A DNA stretch of 63,772 nt, filler included, from Octopus bimaculoides (Eukaryota): assembly GCF_001194135.2 (NCBI RefSeq). It is 5 parts of 4 records of this genome, joined end to end, with 100 filler letters (N's around TTAATTAATTAA, not from the genome) between each part and the next. Parts side by side here need not be neighbours in the genome. Positions count along the whole stretch, not along the records: positions 41,411 to 56,287 come from NC_068986.1; positions 56,388 to 62,443 come from NC_068982.1; positions 62,544 to 63,772 come from NW_026436602.1; 2 more parts are not named here. One strand, given 5' to 3'. Numbering within the stretch: position 1 is the first letter of the stretch; every line of letters starts with the position of its first letter. A program made the translations under genes and the position numbers. Under the pieces are notes generated by a model. It made no database searches. It worked only from the letters and a program-made list of their open reading frames with translations, and had not been told where the DNA came from. This document shows positions 55,127 through 63,772 of the stretch, one piece after another.

Positions 55127-55234
55127 CAGGGTTGGCCAAAAGTTACGCACAAAATAATTTCAGTACGCCCCGGAATTGTCAAGGACACGCTTCAATTTTT
55201 CTAAACTTGAATAAAATAAATAAAATAATGATTA

Positions 55235-55321
<87 letters not shown>

Positions 55322-55398
55322 GTGGTGGTCGTGGTGGTGATAACGTAATTATAAATAAAATGTCAAATATTTTCGTGCGACACTTTTGGCCCATCTTG
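55127..55398. mobile_element. Tc1/mariner-type MITE containing (AAT)n(GAT)n expansion
   Basis: TA-flanked imperfect TIRs CAGGGTTGGCCAAAAGTTACGCAC and GTGCGACACTTTTGGCCCATCTTG. The TIR is related to that of 58635-58891. Confidence 0.8.
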
Positions 55399-56389
55399 TA
55401 TATACCCGTATTATGAATATGCATGTGTGTGTGCATTCTGAATATGTGTGTGTGTGTGTTTATAAATATAATCATACATGTATAGATATAAAGCATGAAA
55501 TATAAATGTAATAATATATGACTGAATATTTACACAGAAGTTTATAAATATAAGTTAAACGTGTATATAAATATTTTCGCAATGTGTCTATGTGTGAGCG
55601 CGAAAGAGTCACTGTGATTACCTATCAGCGTTCTCATGTATGTGCACAAGTTTCGCATTATATACTTTCTTGGACCTGTGCACTTCGATTCCTTTTCTAA
55701 ATGATGTTATGCACCTAACAAACACGGCCTTGTAATCACCTCCCTAATGTATTTGCAATAAATAGTAAGAAGATTCCTGTCGCCTGACAGTATACAATTC
55801 ACATACTCCGCCTCGTTAAGGTGTGGCGTATAGATACACGTACGTAATAGTCGCGTCGACATATGGTGAAACCAATAGATTTATTATAATCTCTGTAGTG
55901 GCAATCGCTGTAGATAACAGGGTTAACTACTAGAAGCAATGTTTGGCTACATGTATCAGTAACAGCTTTTGTTAAGCATGAATGTTACTTCATCATTGAT
56001 AATGTTCACCTAAGAATACTACTTAGGCCAATAGCTACAGATAATAATATGTTTATAGTATTGTATAGATGTAACGACATGCGGTTGTACAGTTGTGCAT
56101 GCATGCATTTCTGGACAGGAATCATTTGGGAATCAAAAGGGTGGGGTGAGGTGCTGCAAGAACTAGCATCTGTCCACTAACATTTAGTAAAAAGAAACAA
56201 ACCATCATTATTCATAACAATTTCGATATTAGATGAAGCAAGTATAAGCACACAACACACGTATGCGTGGCTTTATACTGTCATATANNNNNNNNNNNNN
56301 NNNNNNNNNNNNNNNNNNNNNNNNNNNNNNNTTAATTAATTAANNNNNNNNNNNNNNNNNNNNNNNNNNNNNNNNNNNNNNNNNNNNGC

Positions 56390-56680
56390 TCTATACCCCT
56401 TTCTTATTTTTCTGACCAGGCTCCCGTGGTTTTATGGGTTTTTCCACGTGTAACCTTTCCTTTTTCGAAGCGCCTCCCCCTTTGGGAGTTCTACTTATTC
56501 ATTTATCTATTTATTTATCTATTTATTTGTTATATCTTTCTCCGTTTTCTTCCTCTGTTTAGACGAACTTTCCTACCTTTTCGGACAAAACCTTTTGTAA
56601 CCTTCGTCCTGTCTTTGTCCTTATATGTCTTTAATTGATATTAGCCCTTGTGGCCAATAAAACGAATTAATTATTATTAT
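56390..56680 (+). mobile_element. Probable LINE 3' UTR/terminus
   Basis: T-rich region ending ..CTGTCTTTGTCC..TTAGCCCTTGTGGCCAATAAA followed by an (ATT)n tail. The terminus resembles the tail of the dimeric family B SINEs. Confidence 0.55.
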
Positions 56681-56685
56681 TATTA

Positions 56686-56757
56686 TTCAGGTCACTGCCT
56701 GGAATCGAACTCGGAATCTTGGGGTTAGTACCCTGCGCTCTTAACCACTATGCCATA
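56686..56757 (-). mobile_element. Short tRNA-like Pol III head (A and B boxes) with (AAT)n tail
   Basis: Minus strand TGGCATAGTGG (A box, 56745-56755) and GTTCGATTCC (B box, 56701-56710), with a degenerate cloverleaf. Not a functional tRNA. Confidence 0.75.
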
Positions 56758-56760
56758 CAC

Positions 56761-56803
<43 letters not shown>

Positions 56804-56809
56804 TTGAAA

Positions 56810-56974
56810 AATACCTTAGGAATGAGAACCCAGGTTCGAAATTTCCCCAAGACACCTGATGAAGGCTGGAGGATATATCAGCCGAAACTTTGTGTTAACA
56901 ACAAAGAAGATGAGGACAAATATCCGTCAGATGTAAATAATGTACATAATTCGTCATCTCTTAAATATAGAACT
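56810..56974 (+). mobile_element. Penelope-like non-autonomous repeat with hammerhead ribozyme
   Basis: Homologous to 18906-19030 with an identical 3' end (CTCTTAAATATAGAACT). Contains the CTGATGA..GAAAC core and abuts and truncates the mariner remnant. Confidence 0.8.
56851..56896 (+). ncRNA. Minimal type-I hammerhead ribozyme
   Basis: GACAC-CUGAUGA (56856-56862)-A-GGCUG-loop-CAGCC-GAAAC (56884-56888)-UUU-GUGUU. Stem II is 5 bp, stem I GACAC/GUGUU pairs, and stem III is minimal as in Penelope-associated dimeric hammerheads. This copy has UUU where GUH is expected. Confidence 0.75.
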
Positions 56975-57821
56975 CCTCAAAACATCTACAAAGTACTCTT
57001 TGTTGACCATCTGGCCAGAGGGAACCCAGTGGATGTAAATGACGTTCTTGCTGTCGAAAAAGGGGATCGTCATGAGCTTTTTTGGTGGACTTGCTTTGCC
57101 TGGCCTTCTTGGGCCTGAGGGAGCCAGGGTGCTTCCACTGGGCTCTTTGTCTCTTGATCTCTGGATCATAGAAGTAGATCCAGCTTTCGTCACAGGTCAC
57201 AAGATAATCAAGTACACTTAGATTGGAGACAAATATCTCAACCATTTCCCTGCTGTCACCTTTGTGCCCTTCCTTCTGTTTGTCACTGAGCACCCTGGGA
57301 ATGAAGTTTGCACATATTTTGAGTATGTTCAGGTGTTCATGAATAATTTTCTGTAGTTTCCACAATTCCAAGCTTTATGTTTATTCTCCTTTAGACTCAT
57401 GTCAGTATACATCCAGAAAATTGCAAATTTTCTCAACCAGCTCTGATGCTCCGATGTCCCTCTCCCTCCCACATCTCTCATTGACTCTCACCTCATCTCT
57501 AGAGTCTTTGAACCTCTTGTGTCAACGAAAAACAGATGTTCAGCTCGTAAGTTAATCCATAAGCAGTTTGGAGCATTCCATAAGTTTCAATAGTGTTTTT
57601 GCCCAGTTTAATGCAAAACTTTATTGCAAAGCAATAAATCGAACATGAGAGAAGTACTACAAAACAAAGACGCGCCACCTGGCAGTACGACCCCACAGGA
57701 CACACCGGTCGGCAGACTGATGCCCGAGGATCACATCAAGTGGTTTCTAGCTGCGGAAGCCTGAACTATAACGGGCTTGTCCCATAGAGAACGTTTCCGG
57801 TTATTTTTGGGCGCGCTGTCG
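56975..57821 (-). pseudogene. Mariner (DD34D) transposon, 3'-truncated and internally deleted, transposase pseudogene
   Basis: TA plus TIR CGACAGCGCGCCCAAAAATAACCGGAA at the 57821 end. N-terminal AIKFCIKLGKNTIETYGMLQTAYG, FIPRVL (WVPHEL-like), VTCDESWIYFYDPE (first catalytic D), KRQ..QWKHPGS.RPKKARQSKS, and after a frameshift FFDSKNVIYIHWVPSGQMVNKEYF. Confidence 0.95.
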
Positions 57822-58020
57822 TAAATGTGTGTAGAATTGAACTGCAAATACATTCCAGGAGTCATTGATATAAGAATTATCTCGATAGAGCAAAATAACT
57901 CAAGAGAATTTATACAACACTACAATCACTTAATAGTGGAAACTGTTCTCATTGCATACCATGAATTACGAACTTAATGTTTGCGCTTAGGCGTTCGGTA
58001 TGTGACGAAAAGAATGGTTT

Positions 58021-58228
58021 TTATTCTTTTACTTGTTTCAGTCACTTGACTGCGGCTATGCTGGAGCACCGCCTTGAAGGTTTTTAGGCGCTCAAATCGA
58101 CCTCAGGACATTTTTTTAAAGCATGGTATTTATTTTATCGATCTCTTTTCACCGAACTGCTAAATTACGGGGACGTAAACATACCAACACCCGTTGTCAA
58201 GCGGTGGTGGCGTACAAACACAGACAAA
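58021..58228 (-). mobile_element. SINE family A 3' half
   Basis: TTTACTTGTTTCAGTCACTTGACTGCGGCTATGCTGGAGCACCGCC.. Confidence 0.9.
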
Positions 58229-58261
58229 TGATACAACCTGCGAGTACGCTTTAGCGGGTAC

Positions 58262-58456
58262 GATTTCATTGGACAACACCCCCAGGGAGATTCAAAAGCG
58301 AGAGTCCATATTGTTTTGAGTTTATGGCTGCTTCATATGGCTAGGTATTCCGTCGGCATACAACAGTTCTGTTACACGCGTACTGTTGGTCAGTTTTTGT
58401 GACCGAAGTCTCGATAGACCGTAGAGTCCACCATCGAAGCGATATTTAATACCTAC
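58262..58456 (-). pseudogene. RTE/BovB-like LINE reverse transcriptase fragment
   Basis: Minus strand GIKYRFDGGLYGLSRLRSQKLTNSTRVTELLYADG matches the RTE RT segment (I.YR.DG.LFNL.RL....ELL[FY]ADD) leading into the YADD box. Stops follow. Confidence 0.85.
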
Positions 58457-58634
58457 TCTAAGGTTGTTATGAAAATTATTATATACGATGCACGTATTCG
58501 TATTTATGCAATCATTTGACTATGTATTTACACTGCATGGTAACACTTTAACTCTGCTAGGACTAATATGCTCAGAAACACTAGAAGCAGATAAAAAAAG
58601 TTGAGTAAAATGATACATTCCTAGGATTAACATA

Positions 58635-58891
58635 CAGTGTTGGCCAAAAGTCACCCGACAGTAAATCAAAATTCCATAAATATTTAATATTCAACTTTAT
58701 TTATTCATTCCAATTATGAATGTTTAATAATTGAATGCTGTGAGTTAAAATCACTGTTTTTTCTTTTCTTTTTTTTTTTGTGCAACATTTGTCTATTCAT
58801 TTGCGAAGTCTCATTTAGTTGTTAAACATAAATACATCTTGGAATTATATGGGTTTTTGATTTACTGTCAGGTGACTTTTGGCCAACCCTG
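58635..58891. mobile_element. Tc1/mariner-type MITE (257 bp)
   Basis: TA-flanked. About 37-bp TIRs CAGTGTTGGCCAAAAGTCACCCGACAGTAAATCAAAA and TTTTGATTTACTGTCAGGTGACTTTTGGCCAACCCTG. Confidence 0.92.
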
Positions 58892-58934
58892 TATTTGAAA
58901 ACAATAGAAGCAAATAAAATTTTGTGTAAAATGA

Positions 58935-59155
58935 TATATTCCTTTCTACTATAGGCCATAAGGCCTGAAATTTCGATGGAAGGGGTAAGTCGATTATATC
59001 AACACCAGTGCTCAAGTGGTACTTATTTTATCGACTGCGAAAGGATAAAAGGTAATCTCGACCTCGGCGGACTTTGAACTCAGAATATAAAGACGACCGA
59101 AATGCCGCTAAGTAATTTGGATTGCGTGCTAACGATTCTGCCAGCTCACCGCCTT
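58935..59155 (-). mobile_element. SINE family B
   Basis: Full head-to-tail match on the minus strand. Confidence 0.9.
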
Positions 59156-60029
59156 TGTGAATAATGTTATATATTAACAGTAGATTCATTACTGATTTTA
59201 TATTTATAATTAACGCAACCACAAAATAGAAACGATTGCGATCTCGACTCGTCGGGAGTTTACCTCTCCCCATTATGATGCTCACCATTATTTTGTATTG
59301 GTTTCTGTTTTACTTACCACCAATACCATGTGTTTTATGTGAGTAGGAATGAGAAACTGAGTCTTTCATTCCTTCCTAAAGAACTTTAGCAAAGTAAGTG
59401 AAAACGCTTCTATCGCTCGGGAATCGAAACCCGGTTGTAACATTGGCTCACCGAAATCAGTTTTGTTTTTTCTTTTTTGTTTTGTTTTGTTTTCTTTCTT
59501 TGAAGCGCTTTCCGTCATAAATAAATAATATTGGTTTCTGACCTTGGCAAAAGGGAATTAGTTTATAGAGAAAGGAAATGAAAATAAAATAGAGCCTATG
59601 TGCTTACAGGAGACATATAACCTGCCTGTCTGGAGGAAAAGGAAATTCTCAACAGAAAACACGAAATAATATCACGAGAGAAAAAAATTCGAAAGAAAAC
59701 ATTTAACTAACGATGTACCAGATTACTGTGCTTCCTGCTGGATAACGAAATGATTGCAAATAAAAAGGTTTGGTTTCAAGTTTCACCATTAACACCCAGA
59801 CGTCGTTATTGTTGCAGCCTACGCTGTGGTCAGTGTTAAATTTGAGGGGGACGGAAATAAAATTTCGGTTCATCTACTTACAGTCCTACTTCACCTTTGA
59901 ACCGGATGTGATTGCAGACTGGAATCTGAAACATTAAACGTTCAAGTTTTAATAAATCTCATTTGATTGTGTTGGTAAACGATCGAGTATCCTTATGTAT
60001 AAGGGGTCAATATGTAAAAAGACCTACAA

Positions 60030-60235
60030 GGTGGCGAGATACCAGAATCGTTAATATGCCGGGAAAAATTATTAGCGGCATTTCGTCCGCTTTTACGTTC
60101 TGAGTTCAAGCTCCACCGATGTCAACTTTGCCTTTTGTCCTTTTGTGACCGATAATATAAGTACCAGTTGAACAATGAAGTCGACTTACACACTCTCCTG
60201 AAATGGCTGGCCTGGTGCCAAAATCTGAAACCAAT
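60030..60235 (+). mobile_element. SINE family B
   Basis: CAGAATCGTTAATATGCCGGG..CTGAGTTCAAG..ATAAGTACCAGTTG. Confidence 0.85.
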
Positions 60236-60894
60236 ATGTGAAAAGAACTATGAGTAAAATACAAATTAATGGCTAAGATTTTAACTTTTGATTTACTCAA
60301 GAATGAGATGGGAACCCTCGCTACATTAGACATTAATAGAGAGAGAGAGTAATTGGCTTCCTTTGTTAGTACTAAATAACTGATAATGCATATGTAAAAT
60401 AGATGAGAATCATACGGAAATACGGTGGATTTCCATTGATTTCAGTTGTTTGATCAACATAATCTACTACTTGAAGTAGCGAGTAAATAGCCGTGTATTT
60501 CACAATGTCGTATGCATTTAAGTCAATTCTCAAGTCGCGTTACTTTGACACAGTGACAAAGCTAGCCTTTTGAATTACAGGTACTATTCACTTTAATAAA
60601 CATGAAAACTGAAAAAATTAAGCATCTTACTGAATCTGATAATATTTTTATAACAAATCATTCCATGCCTATTGAGGAGGCCAAACGTCAACAATGTGTT
60701 TAAAAGTATTGAATCAAAAGGATCTGACTCTTTTAATCCAATCTCTTGTCGCCACATTAACTCGATTTTTTAGTGGAGAGACAACCCAATTTTTTAATGG
60801 CAATTTTTTAATGGGGGTGAGATAACCAAAAAGTACCAATATTAATTCAATGACGTTATTTATAGATCACAAATGAAGAAGCTAATAATACTTT

Positions 60895-61102
60895 GAAATT
60901 TTGGCTCGAAGCCAGCAAATTCGGGTGTAAGGTAAGTCAATTATATCGATCTCAGTACACAACTGATACTTATTTTATCAACCACGTAAGAATGAAAGAC
61001 AAAACCGACCTCGGTGGAATTTGAACTCAGAACGTAGAGATGGATGAAATACTGGTAAGAATTTTGTCTGGTGTGCTAACGATTCTGCTAGCTCGCTGCC
61101 TT
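60895..61102 (-). mobile_element. SINE family B
   Basis: GACCTCGGTGGAATTTGAACTCAGAACGTA..CTAACGATTCTGCTAGCTCGC. Confidence 0.88.
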
Positions 61103-62010
61103 ACACGAAGTTGAAAAATAACGTTATCTGAATATTTTTACCGAGCTATACAAGGTTTTCGGTTTCGAAGAATATGGAAGTTAGATTTCATAACCTTCAA
61201 ATTTTAAAATTCTTGATTGATTATCGTAAAATAAACAACCGACAGTGTAACGCGTGTATACAGGATAAATAATACGTTATCAGTGATGTAATTCCATGTG
61301 ACTTTTTCTGGGAGTTATCTGATTATGAAAAGTTTTATAGAATATACAAAATTCATTCCAACAACCTGTCCAGCCCTCAAAATCCCCATCGACGCAATGA
61401 ATTGATTAGCTATGTCCCATGATGAAGTAGAGGAAAGGCACAACTAATTGAACTAACACCAGCATTTCACTGGTTGTTATTTCATTGATCTCAGGTTGAC
61501 GAGAGGCAAAGTTGATCCTGGCGGGACTTGAAAGTCAGGATGTAAATCGACGCGACTTTAACACATGTATTTCCGGTGCTCTATCGTTTTTCTGTTAATT
61601 TAAACAAATAAATACGTTGATATTTGACAAGAGAAGAATGCCTGTTCAATAAGAGGTATGAATGAATGTTCTTGAATGAAATCGAAGCAGTATGGCGAAG
61701 CCACATCTTATCAACTGTTAGACACTTTAAACATGAAATATCATTCACGGGATTAAATTTTCTTTTTTTTTTATCTAAAATTATCTATCAACAAAGTTTA
61801 AAGGTGAAGAAATTCTGAAACCTATCTAAATATTGCTCTGTGTCTGCAGAATTTTCTTCCTGAAAGATGAGATATCGTAACCAATTCCTACGTGACTTTT
61901 TCAAATATATTTTTTAAATATTCTTCAGAGCCCCTGGTCATAACATTAAAATGACATGTACATAAGAACGTATGTAAGCATATGTGTGTGTGTGTTCGCG
62001 CGCGTGCAAA

Positions 62011-62064
<54 letters not shown>

Positions 62065-62097
62065 TACGCATATATATATACACATACACTCACATAC

Positions 62098-62129
<32 letters not shown>

Positions 62130-62200
62130 AGCTATATGTATAGGAGATTTTATAATTTCTATAGACAGTGTATACTATATATACGATATACTATATATAC

Positions 62201-62412
62201 TCTCTTTTACTTGTTTCAGTCATTTGACTGTGGCCATGCTGGTGCACCGCCTTCAGTCGAGCAAATCGACCCCAGGACTTATTCTTTGTAAGCCTCGTAC
62301 TTATTCTATCGGTCTCTTTTGCCGAACTGCTAAGTTACGAGGACGTAAACACACCAGCAACGGTTGTCAAGCGATGTTGGGGACAAACAGACACAAAAAC
62401 ATACACACACAC

Positions 62413-62443
<31 letters not shown>
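62201..62443 (-). mobile_element. SINE family A 3' half (runs into gap)
   Basis: Near-consensus tail. Confidence 0.92.
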
Positions 62444-62544
62444 NNNNNNNNNNNNNNNNNNNNNNNNNNNNNNNNNNNNNNNNNNNNTTAATTAATTAAN
62501 NNNNNNNNNNNNNNNNNNNNNNNNNNNNNNNNNNNNNNNNNNNT

Positions 62545-63772
62545 GTAGAATGTGATGTCAACCAAAAATGACAACTTTAACAGCCAAAGAGGATCTGAAA
62601 GATGTGGATCAGCTCTATCCTTTCCGGTGAGAAAAATATCTCTTTCTCTTCGGAGCTTATAAAAAACTACACAGGACTTTACCGCAACTGAGCCGCCTCA
62701 ATGCTGTGTGATAAGGCCAGTCACAGAATTCAGAATCAATTCCTTCAAGAAAAACCAGAAACTGGCGTTGATTAAGAGTTTGACCCCGAATGAAGTTCAC
62801 GGCAGAAACGATTGCTTTTAGTACGCAAGAAATATCTAAGTCTTTAGGGCGGCGGGCTGGCAGAAACGTTAACACGCCGGGCGAAATGCTTAGCGGTATT
62901 TCGTCTGCCGTTGCGTTCTGAGTTCAAATTCCGCCGAGGTCCACTTTGCCTCTCATCCTTTCGGGGTCGATAAATTAAGTACCTGTTACGTACTGGGGTC
63001 GATGTAATCGACTTCATCTCCTTGTCTGTCTTTGTTTGTCCCCTCTATGTTTAGCCCCTTGTGGGCGATAAAGAAATAAGAAACGTTAACACGCCGGGCG
63101 AAATGCTTAGCGGTATTTCGTCTGTCTTTGCGTTCTGAGTTCAAATTCCGCCGAGGTCGACTTTGCCTTACATCCTTTCGGGATCGATTAACTAGGTACC
63201 AGTTACGCACTGGAATCGATATGATCGACTTAATCTGTTTGTCTGTCCTTGTTTGTCCCCTCTGTGTGTAGCCACTTGTGGGCAATAAAGAAATAAGAAA
63301 TATTTAAGTCTTTCCCACAGATTGTAGTGTTTAAACAGAGCGCCCAGGAGTTGAAGATCTTCCTCTTTACTCCTTATCTACCCCACCAGATTCTTCTTTA
63401 TTCCAGCCATGTTTTTTCCATCAACTGTAACACATCGAAGCTGATTCCACTGAAGGTTATAACCTTGAAAAATTTTCTGCCTTTCCATGAAAATAAATTT
63501 TCCAGTTGCTGTACCGATCATTCTGCAAAAGGATGCCAACTATTCTGTGATCTGAGCGTCCAAATTAACATCACGAGAAGTTGTGACATACTCGAAAGAT
63601 CAGTAGACTCATTCAGCGCCAAAGAATACCACAGGAAGTTCCTAGCTTTCTTCCATATCTGTAGCACTACGTTCTCTCCAAGTTCTTCCGTTCTCCGCAT
63701 ACCTGGACTTGCTAAAAGACGGATACTTCCAAATAAGTCGGCTTTCTCAGGACACAAGCCATTCGCTGCTTC
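62545..63772 (-). pseudogene. hAT (SPIN/GTF2IRD2-like) transposase pseudogene, interrupted by SINE dimer, continues beyond window
   Basis: Collinear motifs on the minus strand: YSLALNESTDLSSMSQL (SLALDESTD), QLRCVTVDGKNMAG (VTTDGAxxM), AVNFIRGQTLNQRQFLVFLEGIDSEFCDWPYHTALRRLSCGKVL (HTEVRWLSRG), and LSDPLWLLKLSFLVDIT. Frameshifts and stops are present. Confidence 0.93.
62846..63300 (+). mobile_element. Tandem dimer of SINE family B with about 19-bp TSD
   Basis: TSD AAGAAATATCTAAGTCTTT (62827-62845) and AAGAAATATTTAAGTCTTT (63295-63313). Two monomers are joined at AAAGAAATAA|GAAACGTTAAC. Confidence 0.95.

Noticed and set aside
56686-56757. Possible amber-suppressor tRNA (loop TACTAAC would place CTA at the anticodon)
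   Set aside because: It lacks U33 and a proper acceptor stem and is followed by an (AAT)n tail. Treated as a repeat head, not a tRNA gene.
59405-59440. tRNA T-arm-like CCGGGTTTCGATTCCCG on the minus strand
   Set aside because: No D arm, anticodon arm or acceptor stem, so at most a SINE/tRNA relic.

Overview
AT-rich eukaryotic genomic scaffold (roughly 15% N gaps) made almost entirely of interspersed repeats and microsatellites. The SINE families look like those of Octopus (probably O. bimaculoides; recognised from memory, not searched). No host protein-coding gene can be called with confidence, and most ORF-track entries are microsatellite or N-gap artefacts. The only clearly recognisable protein homologies are decayed transposon ORFs: a mariner transposase (56975-57821, minus), a hAT/SPIN-GTF2IRD2-like transposase (62545-63772, minus) interrupted by a SINE dimer, a Tc1/maT-like C-terminus (about 40945-41115), and two RTE-clade LINE fragments (48764-48900, 58262-58456). 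Also present are several TA-flanked Tc1/mariner MITEs, a Helitron-like 3' end, and dozens of tRNA-derived SINEs. Most interesting observations: (1) at least two distinct Penelope-like repeat families with minimal type-I hammerhead ribozyme cores, in head-to-head inverted arrangements (9.6-10.3 kb, 18.8-19.0 kb, 56.8-57.0 kb); (2) one of these sits next to an inverted, intact Pol III A/B-box tRNA-like head; (3) SINE heads and tails are shuffled combinatorially; (4) a dimeric SINE appears to move as a unit. A handful of minus-strand exon candidates suggest, weakly, that the window could lie inside a long-intron gene.
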